A stretch of 61,668 nucleotides of DNA, counting the filler. It is 5 parts of 5 records of this genome, joined end to end, with 100 filler letters (N's around TTAATTAATTAA, not from the genome) between each part and the next. Parts side by side here need not be neighbours in the genome. Positions count along the whole stretch, not along the records: positions 28,667 to 52,752 come from DRR723986_9811; 4 more parts are not named here. One strand, given 5' to 3'. Every line of letters starts with the position of its first letter. The stretch's first letter is position 1. A model generated the notes under the pieces. The model saw nothing but the letters and a program-made list of their open reading frames with translations, had not been told where the DNA came from and ran no database searches. Made by a program: the position numbers and the translations under genes. This document shows, piece after piece, positions 29,905 through 39,717 of the stretch.

Positions 29905-31605
29905 CTAGCGAAGAATGCTGGAGCCAATATCGGCAAGGCGGCGCTGCAGCTCTTTGCGTGCGTCGGTTAGTCGAATGACCTGTTCCCCGGCGATACGCTG
30001 GTGAACCGACATGGACTCCTCGACGATACGGTCGATCGAAGCCAGACGTGCCTCAAAATCGCTGGCCGCTCGGTCGCTGGCCTCGATAACTCGATCCTCA
30101 ATTGTCTTCCGCGTTCTGCGCTCTACTTCGCCTCGCAACCATCCTAAGTCAGTCGGTGTGTATTCGAAGCGTGGATCCGCCCACGACCCACTGACACGAA
30201 AGGTGATTGGTGCGCCCGCGCCATCATCTAGAGAAGTGTAAGAGCTCACAACTTGCTTGATGGCAAACGCATCCTGGCTGATCGTCAATTCGGCAGGGTT
30301 GAGCTCGAACCTACCGCCAATTTGTTCGCCGGAGGTAGACAAACGCCCGGTCAGAGCAGCCGCTGCGCCAGGTTGCTTGTTGAGCTCGAGGGATCGCGAT
30401 TGGGAATCTGCTGACTGTTTGACAACAACCCAAACCTGGGACTCAGTGCAGTCGAACTGGTAGGCCCAGCGATAGCTTTCGAGTGCGTCGGTGGACGCGT
30501 ATGTGCCTTGCATCGAGAAGGGAATTGCTTCACTGGACGTTTGGAAAATGCCATGTGCCGACACATCCAGCAGGTCAATGTTCTGCGAATCGTCCAGAGG
30601 CACGTCAAGGCTTGAAGCGATTTGTCTTGGCCTAGCCGGACCAAGTGCCAGTCGTGCTGGGCCCTCCATCAGATCAGCATGTTGCCGCCAAGCCTCGATG
30701 ACAAGCTCCTGCAGAATCTCCTCTGCCATGTCTGCAGATGTCTTCGCAACTGCACTTGCGAGTTGTTCGACATCGATCCCGGCAAGTTCGTCTTGTTCCG
30801 CCTGATGGCTGCCTCGCAGTCGGTCGCGTTCGGCCTCCAGAAACTCACGCACTCCGTCAAACTGGGTCGCGAGGCGCTGTTGCCTGACTTCCAGCTTCAT
30901 GAGCGTTTCCATTCGTCCGCGGAGGTCGTCCTCATCTCGCAACGGGTTGTCCAGATTGGAGAGGTCCGCTGAAATTGATTCTGATTCCGCAAGGATTGCT
31001 TCAGACTCTTGTTGCCAGTTCGTCAGCCGCTCGCTCCATCGACTCGCGATCTTGGCCGCGGCGGCAACCGAGTCAAACCGTGATGACAGATCGTCCCACG
31101 TAACGTTGGCGACTTGATCGGTGAGGTTCTGTTGCCACCGTGGCGGAGAGCTATCCTCGGTAGTCCCGGATCCGCTGCCTGGTTGATCGGTTTGCAGGGT
31201 GATCAGTGCGTCTTCAATCAAGATGCGATTGGATTGCAAATGGCGATCGACCAGTGGTGCAGGTTCGACCGCCAACCAAGTATTCGCCGCTTCAAAATTC
31301 ACGGTCCGGCTCGCCAAAGGCGAAGTCCACCGCATTCTGCTTGCCTGCACCACTGATTTATCATAGTGGACGTGCAAACGATCGACGGAGATGCCGGGGT
31401 GAACAACAAAACGCATCAGCGCTTGCTCAACAAATGTCTTTGTCGACGGAAGTAGCACGACTGCTGCTGAAGTCAGCACAACAATGCAACACCAGTATGT
31501 TCGACGCCTAGAGATCCACATTTCGTTGCTCTCGACTGTTTCTCTATCTAGGATATTCTGTTCTCGAACAAGCATGCCAAGCGAAGATGCACGCTGCTGC
31601 CTCAA
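29905..31605 (-). CDS. Hypothetical membrane-anchored coiled-coil/AsmA-like protein (TIGR03545-like)
   Basis: N-terminal TM, long helical region, VSGSWADP near the C-terminus; sits next to a TIGR03546-like gene, its usual partner. Confidence 0.55.
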   Translation of the reverse strand: MRQQRASSLGMLVREQNILDRETVESNEMWISRRRTYWCCIVVLTSAAVVLLPSTKTFVEQALMRFVVHPGISVDRLHVHYDKSVVQASRMRWTSPLASRTVNFEAANTWLAVEPAPLVDRHLQSNRILIEDALITLQTDQPGSGSGTTEDSSPPRWQQNLTDQVANVTWDDLSSRFDSVAAAAKIASRWSERLTNWQQESEAILAESESISADLSNLDNPLRDEDDLRGRMETLMKLEVRQQRLATQFDGVREFLEAERDRLRGSHQAEQDELAGIDVEQLASAVAKTSADMAEEILQELVIEAWRQHADLMEGPARLALGPARPRQIASSLDVPLDDSQNIDLLDVSAHGIFQTSSEAIPFSMQGTYASTDALESYRWAYQFDCTESQVWVVVKQSADSQSRSLELNKQPGAAAALTGRLSTSGEQIGGRFELNPAELTISQDAFAIKQVVSSYTSLDDGAGAPITFRVSGSWADPRFEYTPTDLGWLRGEVERRTRKTIEDRVIEASDRAASDFEARLASIDRIVEESMSVHQRIAGEQVIRLTDARKELQRRLADIGSSILR

Positions 31606-31636
31606 ATTTTCGTGCCGGTGCAGTAGCGATCGAACA

Positions 31637-33142
31637 CTACTTCTGGGACTCCGCGCTCTCGCTCGACTTTAAATGTCGAAGCAAATATCGGAGTGCTTCG
31701 TTGTGCCCTGGTTGAACGATCTGTTTGCTGGCCGTTTTCTGACCGGCTACGTTGTGACTTGGCTGCGCTTCGTCTTCCTCGCCCTCAGTTGATTGAACTC
31801 GATTCAGTGCTGGCGATCGAAGAGCAGGTTGTGCGGGTGGATCAACATAGTTCGTCACCACGCTGTCGTTCAGTGTTGAGTCTTCGCTTCGCTCTTCGTC
31901 AGAACGAGCCTGTGGTGGTGCGGCGATTGACGGCGGCTGTTCCTCGGTCGGCTGTTCAGCCTTATCTTCGGCTTCGATCTGCCCCATCAGCTCGTCGACC
32001 AGTCCGAGCATCTCGGCACTGCGCTCCAAAACCTCTTCAGTGCCGGCCGACTCGGATGATGTAGCTTCGTCATACTCGCTGCTGTCTGCCTCCGACTCGT
32101 CTTGGCTCGAATTTGCGTGGGCGTCAACCCAGTGTGGTTGCACTCGGCAACCCGAGAGTAGCTCCTCCAAGCGGGCCGCTGCATCGAAATGCGTCAGAGT
32201 CTGGTCAGGTGTTTGTTCTGTCTCAACATGCTCGCGATCAGCAGAGTCCTTTGAAGTGGCGATCTGCTCCTCGCTTGAGTCTCGTTCTGGCACAGAGGGT
32301 TCAAGCGGTTGCGACGAAGCAACCTTCGCAGGCTCAGCCGCGCTTTCCGCTTCTTGCAGGGCGGCAGCGATTGCCGGTGCGATTTCTTCGTCCTCGGGAG
32401 CAGCTTGGCGTTTTCCGTCGAGCTTTGCCAGCAGCGCCATGTCTGCCTCAGAGAGCTCAACGAATGATTCCTCGGTGACTCGATCCATGATCTCCGATTC
32501 GGGAAGGAGAACAAAGTCTGGGATCTCGACCGAAGGTAGCTCTTCGAAAACTGACTTTTGTTTCGTCTTCCAGGTTCGCTCTGGCATCATGTCGCGCAAC
32601 GCGATCCAAGCGACCGTCGACAAGCTGGCGCTGAGAATGCCACCCACCAAGACCGAGCCGTAAACGACTGTATTGTTCAGACGCAGCCAGGCCCCCAGCG
32701 GAAGCGAGTGGATCCAACCAACAGTGGACGCCAACGCGGGCTGCATGAGCGCCCAGTAGCCGATGTTTCCGAACCATGCTTCGAAAGTTAAGAAGACCGC
32801 AGCGGAGGCCGAACCTACTAGGGCAAAAACGAGAAAGTGCGTCGGAAGGACGACTGCTGCAACTAGGTAACAGAGCATCAAAACAGGCGACGTCACGCTC
32901 GCCCCGACCATGATGCCAAGGCCGATGGCCAATGCAACGTTTGAAGGGCGATACCGCGAGGAGGTTGCCATTAGCACATCCACGGTCGCTTCTCGCATGT
33001 GCTCCACCCTGAAGACTTCACTAGTTTGTTGAGTGTTGAAGTCAGCGCCTGTGCGCTTTGTTCCTTCGGCCGCGGAGAGACTCCACCGGTTATCCGTCTG
33101 GATCGATTCGTGACGATCGTGCGGAACAGGGCAATTTTGCAA
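31637..33142 (-). CDS. TIGR03546/DUF2062-like membrane domain plus long acidic disordered tail
   Basis: P..VALAIGLG..VG...PL.AW..LNNTVVYGS motif followed by about 300 aa rich in E/S/A/P. The start is uncertain. Confidence 0.6.
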   Translation of the reverse strand: MQNCPVPHDRHESIQTDNRWSLSAAEGTKRTGADFNTQQTSEVFRVEHMREATVDVLMATSSRYRPSNVALAIGLGIMVGASVTSPVLMLCYLVAAVVLPTHFLVFALVGSASAAVFLTFEAWFGNIGYWALMQPALASTVGWIHSLPLGAWLRLNNTVVYGSVLVGGILSASLSTVAWIALRDMMPERTWKTKQKSVFEELPSVEIPDFVLLPESEIMDRVTEESFVELSEADMALLAKLDGKRQAAPEDEEIAPAIAAALQEAESAAEPAKVASSQPLEPSVPERDSSEEQIATSKDSADREHVETEQTPDQTLTHFDAAARLEELLSGCRVQPHWVDAHANSSQDESEADSSEYDEATSSESAGTEEVLERSAEMLGLVDELMGQIEAEDKAEQPTEEQPPSIAAPPQARSDEERSEDSTLNDSVVTNYVDPPAQPALRSPALNRVQSTEGEEDEAQPSHNVAGQKTASKQIVQPGHNEALRYLLRHLKSSESAESQK

Positions 33143-33398
33143 TCAAGCAACCTTTGCCCGAATCGTGGCCCCAAGGATTGCCAAGGCTACGTAAATTCAC
33201 AGCACTGGCGATAGGATGCTAGCGTTGAGGGCGAGTTTTCTAATGAGTGTTCAAACGCATGAGCACGTTTGATGGACTGGCCAGCCTTGCGGTTGGTTTC
33301 CCCCAACCTACAAGTCTAAGCGGCAGAGCACGAACAGCACGTCCCAGCAAGACTTGCGGAAAGATGCGCGGAACAGGGGACCGCGAGTAACACGCCAA

Positions 33399-34211
33399 TC
33401 AGTTCGCCGAAGCCTCGCCGCCGCGACCTGCTTGCAGGCGAGCCATGCCCCATTTCACAATTAGCGGGAACACGCCCAGCAGAGCGAATGCGAACGTCAT
33501 CTGAGCAAGTTGGCTGGGCGTGAACACTGCGGAAGCTCCCTTGTCAGCGAGGACCGACAGGTTCGGGACACGCGAGCCAGCATACACGTAGACGACCGTT
33601 GCGGGGAACATTCCTAACTGGCTGACCCACCAATAATCGCGAACACGAATCGGCGTTAGTCCCATTCCAAGGTTAATCAGGAAGAACGGAACCGCCGGAA
33701 TCAGTCGCAGGGTGAACAAGTAGAAGTTGCCCTCTCGCCGGAACCGTTCATTGAATGCCGCCAGTTTCTCGCCAAAAGTGTTTTGTACCCAGTCGGAGAA
33801 TAGATATCGGCTGAGCAAGAATGCAATCGTGGCACCCAGCGTCGATGCAAAGCTCACAATCAAGACCCCTCGCAGGAGTCCAAAATACCAACCAAAGACA
33901 AGGGTTAAAGCCGCTGCGCCGGGAATCGAGAATCCGGTTACCGCAGCGTAGACCAAAAGAGCAATGCCAAGCACCAACACGGGGTGCCGACTCTGATAGT
34001 CGCGAAGCTGTGTTTCCTGTGCCGCCAAACTCTCGAGCGAAAGGCTGTCGCGGAAGAAATACCCTCCGGCGACAACAATTGCCAACACGCCCAACAGCAA
34101 GACTGGTTTGCGAAATCGCTGAATCGCGGACGGTGGATTGTCTACGGTACCCTCCCGTCGTTCTTCAGTAGGCGTTTGGTAGGGCGTAGCGGATTTTGAT
34201 TGATCAGGCAT
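33399..34211 (-). CDS. TVP38/TMEM64 (DedA/SNARE-associated) membrane protein
   Basis: SIPGA..LTL..G..FG, STLGATIAFLLSRY, LRLIPAVPFFLINL, SQLGMFP. Confidence 0.92.
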   Translation of the reverse strand: MPDQSKSATPYQTPTEERREGTVDNPPSAIQRFRKPVLLLGVLAIVVAGGYFFRDSLSLESLAAQETQLRDYQSRHPVLVLGIALLVYAAVTGFSIPGAAALTLVFGWYFGLLRGVLIVSFASTLGATIAFLLSRYLFSDWVQNTFGEKLAAFNERFRREGNFYLFTLRLIPAVPFFLINLGMGLTPIRVRDYWWVSQLGMFPATVVYVYAGSRVPNLSVLADKGASAVFTPSQLAQMTFAFALLGVFPLIVKWGMARLQAGRGGEASAN

Positions 34212-34332
34212 CTCTGTTTCCGGCTCTAAGTACGAGTTTGAGTAGTCTTGACGCCTGCACAAACAAGAACCTTACCAGGCTATTTGCCGTCGATGCCGTT
34301 CCCGTCATAACAACTATCGTCGAAGCGTCGGA

Positions 34333-34851
34333 CTACAAATACATACCAACAAAGCCACCCGATTCTTCGGTCTCAGCCTGCAACTTCTCCAATCGCTGTA
34401 CCGTCTTGCCCAAGTCGCCAGCCCGGGCGTATCGATTGAATTCGACCAACACATTGCGCTGCACCGTCTCGCCGAGCCAATCGACTATCGACTGATTGAT
34501 CCAGCTACATGTTTCGCTTGCGAGCTCGACCGAAATATCACAGCTACGCACATTCAGATCAGACTGGTCGGTTAAGACAGTGCCTTCAAACTCGAACCGC
34601 AGCATTCCCGAATCGGGATCATTGGTCAAATGGTAGGTTACGGAAGCATTGTGCAGGTAGTAGCTATTGAGCGTACCGTGCTTCTCGATCGCCTCACGTA
34701 CGCGCAGGAGTTTTGCGGCCAGTTTCGGTGAAGCGTCAATTGGCGCATCGGTCCGCGCGACGCTTCGAAGCGGAAGGCAATCAAATTCCACTTCAACCCA
34801 TTTGCCAAGTGGTTTTTCGTTCGCTTCTTGAGAGTCTGCCATTTGCGTCAC
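34333..34851 (-). CDS. Hypothetical protein
   Basis: Clean 172-aa ORF with globular composition, co-oriented with the downstream gene. Confidence 0.7.
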   Translation of the reverse strand: MTQMADSQEANEKPLGKWVEVEFDCLPLRSVARTDAPIDASPKLAAKLLRVREAIEKHGTLNSYYLHNASVTYHLTNDPDSGMLRFEFEGTVLTDQSDLNVRSCDISVELASETCSWINQSIVDWLGETVQRNVLVEFNRYARAGDLGKTVQRLEKLQAETEESGGFVGMYL

Positions 34852-35213
34852 GGAGCAATTCCCGGTTCACTTGATGAATGAAAAGTCGTTCGATCGCGAA
34901 TGCTGATTGTAGCCCAATAGTCCCGTAATCACAGTGACCAAATCGCTTACAGCATAGCGGCCGGTAGATGATTCTTAAAAGTAGCTTGTTATGGCCTAGT
35001 TCGGTATGCCGTTGTTTGTGAGCGTACGATTGCGACGATTGTAGCGACTCGGGGCCCTGGTTCGCTGGTGGGGGGCCGGTAAACCAAGCGTTCGACTAGG
35101 TGCTGTTTGACTTTGCACCGGAGGCATCCCACGCTTCACTTCGGCAGGGAGTGTTTGTTCGGGCAAACGCCGGGGAGCATTCATGCCAGAAGCGTGCCCC
35201 AAGATGACAAAGT

Positions 35214-38200
35214 ATGTGTGTTGCAAAGGTGACTAAGTTGCGACTTCTAAGCTCAAGTTCAGCCCCATTGCTTTCGCTATTTGTTGGACTTGCTCTGTCG
35301 GCAACACCGACTGAGGCAGCGAATTTCTTCGTTCGCCAGTCTGGTAGCGATTCCAACACCGGCACGAGCGCAAGTCAGGCGTTTCGAACTGTCGGGAAAG
35401 CCATTGAGGCAAGCACTGGAAGTGATGTCATCTTCATCGGTGCAGGGACTTACACCGAATCTATCAAGAAGACTAACTCATCCAGTAGCGGTTCACTCAG
35501 AATCATTGGCGATACGACTGGGCGTTATACTGGCGACCGGGGCAGCGTCATTTGCCGGCCGACGGCGGGACGTTGGTTCCTGCAAATCAGTGGTCTCAAC
35601 GCTTTACAAATTAGCGATGTCGACTTCGAAGACCCTGGCTATAGAACCGGATACGCAATTACCGCTTCCAGAGTAACGCGGTACGCATATCTCATCGATT
35701 GTTCATTCCGCGATCTCAAGCAGGGGCTAAGGATCACGGACTCAGCCCTTGCCTATGTGGCCAACTGCGACTTCAACGATGATGAGTACGGAGTCTACAC
35801 CTCGAAAGTAGAGAACAACTATGTGAACCTCTGCGGCTTTGTGGATTGCCGTTACGGAGTTACAACACTCAACTCTGGGCGCTCCTACTTCTACAACAGC
35901 TCAAGTGAGTCGCAGGCAGCAGCTAAAACGGGAGCCCGCGCATTCTACGCGCAGAGCAGCGAGAGCCTATATGCGTCCGGCTTAACAAGTCAAGACGATA
36001 GTGTCTGCCTACAAGGGAACCAAGTCCAGGCCGCAAGCGTTAGCAATTGTAAGATCGAGCGACCGAAGAGCCGAGGCGTCAAATTGGTTGGGGCGAACCT
36101 CGTTTGTCAATCAGTTGCGGTTGATGGTAACGGGAGCCAGAGAGGATACGGTATCGAGCTGAACGACACTGAGGGGGGCAGTTTCAACTTGCAAGATTGT
36201 AGGTTGGAAGGGCTCTACGGTGGTCTTCTAATGAACACTCCCGGTACTTTTAAACAGGTCAGCTTCGTTGGAAATCGGATTGCGATCCGTGTCAATGGCC
36301 TCAGCGAAGGGATGTCAATTGATGGAAGTCAAGGACTGACGTTGCAGGACAACACTTACGGCGTTTTCGGCACTTTACCCACCGGGCAGCAAGGTTCACT
36401 GCGTCTTCGGAATCTGGGGATTAGAGGCGGTTCCTTTGGCATTTACACCTCAAACATATCGATCAGTGCAAGCGGTCAGTCGATATCCGGAGCAAACAAT
36501 GCTATCCGTGCATACGGATGTGACAGCTTCGTAATGAGCGACTCCAAAATCGACTCAGCAAACGTCGATAACGCAAACATCGGAGTGCTCGCGTACGCCC
36601 AAAAGACGTCAATCGATGGCGTTGCCGTCAACGGATTCAGCGGTGGAATTAACATTCAGAATCAATCAGATACATCGCCAAAATTGACCAACTGCACGCT
36701 AACCAACTGTCGGTCGTATGGCCTTTACCTGCGCGGTGGAAAGGCGTTTATCGACGCTAGTTCGAATCTACGAATTGCCGACTGCCGGATTGGGATTTAT
36801 CCGTATGATTGTGATTTAGTCGTTGATCGATTGCCGGCACAAGAGAGATGCGATTACCCTCTCTACTGCATTTTGGGAAGTCTGCGGGCAACCAACCTTG
36901 AGCTCCGTGGACACCAAACTGGTGTGCATGTTGATCGCCAAATGTTTACGTCGATCGAGAACTGCACAATCAAAGAGTGTAAAGGTTGGGGCATCGACGC
37001 ACGGAGAACAGAAGACTTGCGTATTAAGAACGTCAATTCTTCGGATAACGGTACAGGCGGTATGCAGGTCTACCTACCAGCCAAACTTGTTTCTGTTGAA
37101 AAGTTTGTTGCGAAAGACAATCAAACATATGGGCTCTACTGCAATACTAGAACGACCTTGGACCTTCGAATCAACGACATGTCATGCTCCGGCTGTAGAT
37201 ATGGATTCCGATCGATAGGTGTCCCAATCAACAACTCGGTTGTGAGTGAACTGGAACTGGTTGACAATGATCATGGACTGCGTGTTGAAGGAGCCAAACT
37301 TGAGCTTGACCAAAAGTCCCAAGTCAAGTTGACCGGAAACAATTACGCTGTGATGAGCTACAACTCAAGCATGCACCTAGACGGCGTGAAGATCCACGAT
37401 AACACCAGCGCCGTCTACTGCTGGAATTCAGCATTGACGATGTCAAACTGCGACATCAGCGCCGACACGTATGGCGTGTTGTCCTATCGCGGCGGCGCAA
37501 AGATCTCCGACTGTAGCTTTTCAAAAGCTCGATACGGCATCTACTTTTCTCCCAGAAACACCGGTGATCGCAAGATGCAAATCGCGGACTGTGAGTTTAA
37601 CGACATCTCTTACATTGGCTTCTACAGCTACGGTTATCAGGGGGACGCTTTCGTCGAGGCAAGTGGATTAAAGGTGGATGCCAAAACCTATGGGGTTTAC
37701 ACGATTGCGACTGATTTGAGTCTGAAGAAGAGCCTCTTGAACAGCGGAACACACACGTTGTACTTCAGGAATGGACGCGGGACCGTTAGCCAGTGTGAAA
37801 TCATTGCGAAGAACGGCTGGGGAGTTCTCGATTACGGCCGGGAACTGCGTTTGGACAACAGTCAGGTCCGGTCTCGGCATGGAGTCTACTTGCGATGCAA
37901 CTATGCCAAGTTAAAGAACAACGTCATTCAGGGCAGTACCTACGGCGTCTATGGGAACCTGGCGTCAGGGAAGTTTGAGATTCTGCAGTCGACGATTGGC
38001 AACGTTACACACTACGGAGTTTACCGGGTTGCTGGGGACATGATCGTTCGAAACACGATCGTCGATGCGAATATCTATGCCATGTACAACAGCCGAAATC
38101 CAGGTGCCTTTGAACATGATCACAACTTGGTTCACGCGAACCGTGCCAATTTCGTTGGTGCGGAGCCAGGGCTGGCAGAGTTAGAAAAGGATCCAATCTT

Positions 38201-38402
38201 CCTGGATCCAGCCAAGGGAGATTTGCACTTGGCAGCCGGTTCACCGGCAATCAACTCGGGCGTGGACCTGACCAGTGAGCTGACGGCTGATATCGAAGGA
38301 AACGCTCGCCCGTCCTTCAAGCAGTTCGAAATCGGTGCCTACGAATTCACCGAGAACGAAGGGTCGATTCGCGTTCTTGAGTGGGACGAGAAAGCGAAGT
38401 AA
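35214..38402 (+). CDS. Secreted right-handed parallel beta-helix repeat protein with choice-of-anchor-Q-like C-terminus
   Basis: Signal peptide, FFVR..GSDSNTG.S...AFRTVGKA, many YG[VI]Y/N-C repeats, DLHLAAGSPAINSG...DIEGNAR...EIGAYE. Confidence 0.85.
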   Translation: MCVAKVTKLRLLSSSSAPLLSLFVGLALSATPTEAANFFVRQSGSDSNTGTSASQAFRTVGKAIEASTGSDVIFIGAGTYTESIKKTNSSSSGSLRIIGDTTGRYTGDRGSVICRPTAGRWFLQISGLNALQISDVDFEDPGYRTGYAITASRVTRYAYLIDCSFRDLKQGLRITDSALAYVANCDFNDDEYGVYTSKVENNYVNLCGFVDCRYGVTTLNSGRSYFYNSSSESQAAAKTGARAFYAQSSESLYASGLTSQDDSVCLQGNQVQAASVSNCKIERPKSRGVKLVGANLVCQSVAVDGNGSQRGYGIELNDTEGGSFNLQDCRLEGLYGGLLMNTPGTFKQVSFVGNRIAIRVNGLSEGMSIDGSQGLTLQDNTYGVFGTLPTGQQGSLRLRNLGIRGGSFGIYTSNISISASGQSISGANNAIRAYGCDSFVMSDSKIDSANVDNANIGVLAYAQKTSIDGVAVNGFSGGINIQNQSDTSPKLTNCTLTNCRSYGLYLRGGKAFIDASSNLRIADCRIGIYPYDCDLVVDRLPAQERCDYPLYCILGSLRATNLELRGHQTGVHVDRQMFTSIENCTIKECKGWGIDARRTEDLRIKNVNSSDNGTGGMQVYLPAKLVSVEKFVAKDNQTYGLYCNTRTTLDLRINDMSCSGCRYGFRSIGVPINNSVVSELELVDNDHGLRVEGAKLELDQKSQVKLTGNNYAVMSYNSSMHLDGVKIHDNTSAVYCWNSALTMSNCDISADTYGVLSYRGGAKISDCSFSKARYGIYFSPRNTGDRKMQIADCEFNDISYIGFYSYGYQGDAFVEASGLKVDAKTYGVYTIATDLSLKKSLLNSGTHTLYFRNGRGTVSQCEIIAKNGWGVLDYGRELRLDNSQVRSRHGVYLRCNYAKLKNNVIQGSTYGVYGNLASGKFEILQSTIGNVTHYGVYRVAGDMIVRNTIVDANIYAMYNSRNPGAFEHDHNLVHANRANFVGAEPGLAELEKDPIFLDPAKGDLHLAAGSPAINSGVDLTSELTADIEGNARPSFKQFEIGAYEFTENEGSIRVLEWDEKAK

Positions 38403-38433
38403 CTGCTTGTTTTCAAAGGAACAAGGCCGACAA

Positions 38434-39705
38434 CTACAGCAGGATTCCCGCGACGCAGGCGGTCATCAGACAAGCCAGCGTCCCGCCAATCATCGCTCGC
38501 AGTCCCAGACGCGCTATGTCATTCTTGCGACTCGGCGCTAGGCCTCCGATACCTCCGACTTGGATTCCAATCGCACTCAGGTTCGAGAATCCGCAAAACG
38601 CGTAAGTGAGGATGTGTCGCGTTCGGTCGCTGAATGCTGTCTCAGGCTCCGCCATCAAAGTGCCCATCTCTTGGTAGGCAACGATCTCGTTAGCGAACAC
38701 TTTGATGCCTAGCAACTGGCCCGCACCAAAGCTCTCCCCGGCAGGGATTCCCATCAGCCAAGCGAATGGTGTGAACAGATAGGCTAGCAGGACTCGGAAA
38801 CTAAGCGTTGGACTGCCGTCTTCTGCTACAAAGCCAACCAGCATGCCAAGCTGCCCGACCAGGAAATCGGCAAAGGCCAGGAGCGCCAAGAAAGCGATCA
38901 GCATGGCTGCAATGTTTAGCGCCAGTTTGAGGCCGTCGCTGGCGCCTTGAGCGGCCGCTCCGATGATGTTCGGTGTCTCACGTTCGCCGCCCAGATCGAG
39001 CGTCTGTATTGCTTCATGCCCTTCTTCCTCGGGTTGCATCACCTTTGCAATCAAGAGTGCCGCAGGACCAGAGATCACACTCGCGGTGACCAAATGACCA
39101 GCCTCGACGCCCATTGAGGCGTAGGTTGCGATCAATGAACCGGTTACGGTTGCATAGCCGCCCACCATCAGGGCATTGAGTTCACTCTTGGAGAGCTTTT
39201 CCAAGTAGGGCTTCACGACCAAAGGAGCTTCGGTGTGTCCCACGAAAATATTGGCTGCTGATGCGAGAGTTTCAGGGCCACTGGTGCCGAGTGTTCGCTG
39301 CATGCCGAAAGCAACCACTTGCACCAGCCGCTGCATGACGCCACAGTGGTACAGCACGGACATCAAACTGGCAAAGACGATCACCGTGGGTAGCACGCCG
39401 AACGCAAACGTGGAAAGCAGCAGGGTCGAATCGCCACCGACCTTTTCGGCAGCCGGTGGAAAAAGACCAAAGACGAACAAACTGCCTTCGCTAACAAACT
39501 CTTGGAACTTACTTACCGCAGCATTGGCACCATCGAAGAATGCTCGTCCGGCTTGCGTCTTGAGAACCAAGAGCGCTAGGCCGAATTGCAGCAACAGGCC
39601 GCCGACAACGACGCGCACGGGAAACCGCCGGCGATTCGAGCTCATCGCCCAGGCGACAAAGACCATGAAGAAAAGGCCGAACAAGGCAGTCAATCGGAGC
39701 GACAT
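38434..39705 (-). CDS. nupC: Concentrative nucleoside transporter (CNT/NupC family)
   Basis: FAFGVLPTVIVF, AANIFVGHTEAPL, NEIVAY, CGFSNLSAIGIQVGG. Confidence 0.93.
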   Translation of the reverse strand: MSLRLTALFGLFFMVFVAWAMSSNRRRFPVRVVVGGLLLQFGLALLVLKTQAGRAFFDGANAAVSKFQEFVSEGSLFVFGLFPPAAEKVGGDSTLLLSTFAFGVLPTVIVFASLMSVLYHCGVMQRLVQVVAFGMQRTLGTSGPETLASAANIFVGHTEAPLVVKPYLEKLSKSELNALMVGGYATVTGSLIATYASMGVEAGHLVTASVISGPAALLIAKVMQPEEEGHEAIQTLDLGGERETPNIIGAAAQGASDGLKLALNIAAMLIAFLALLAFADFLVGQLGMLVGFVAEDGSPTLSFRVLLAYLFTPFAWLMGIPAGESFGAGQLLGIKVFANEIVAYQEMGTLMAEPETAFSDRTRHILTYAFCGFSNLSAIGIQVGGIGGLAPSRKNDIARLGLRAMIGGTLACLMTACVAGILL

Positions 39706-39717
39706 ATCTGGGCCAAT

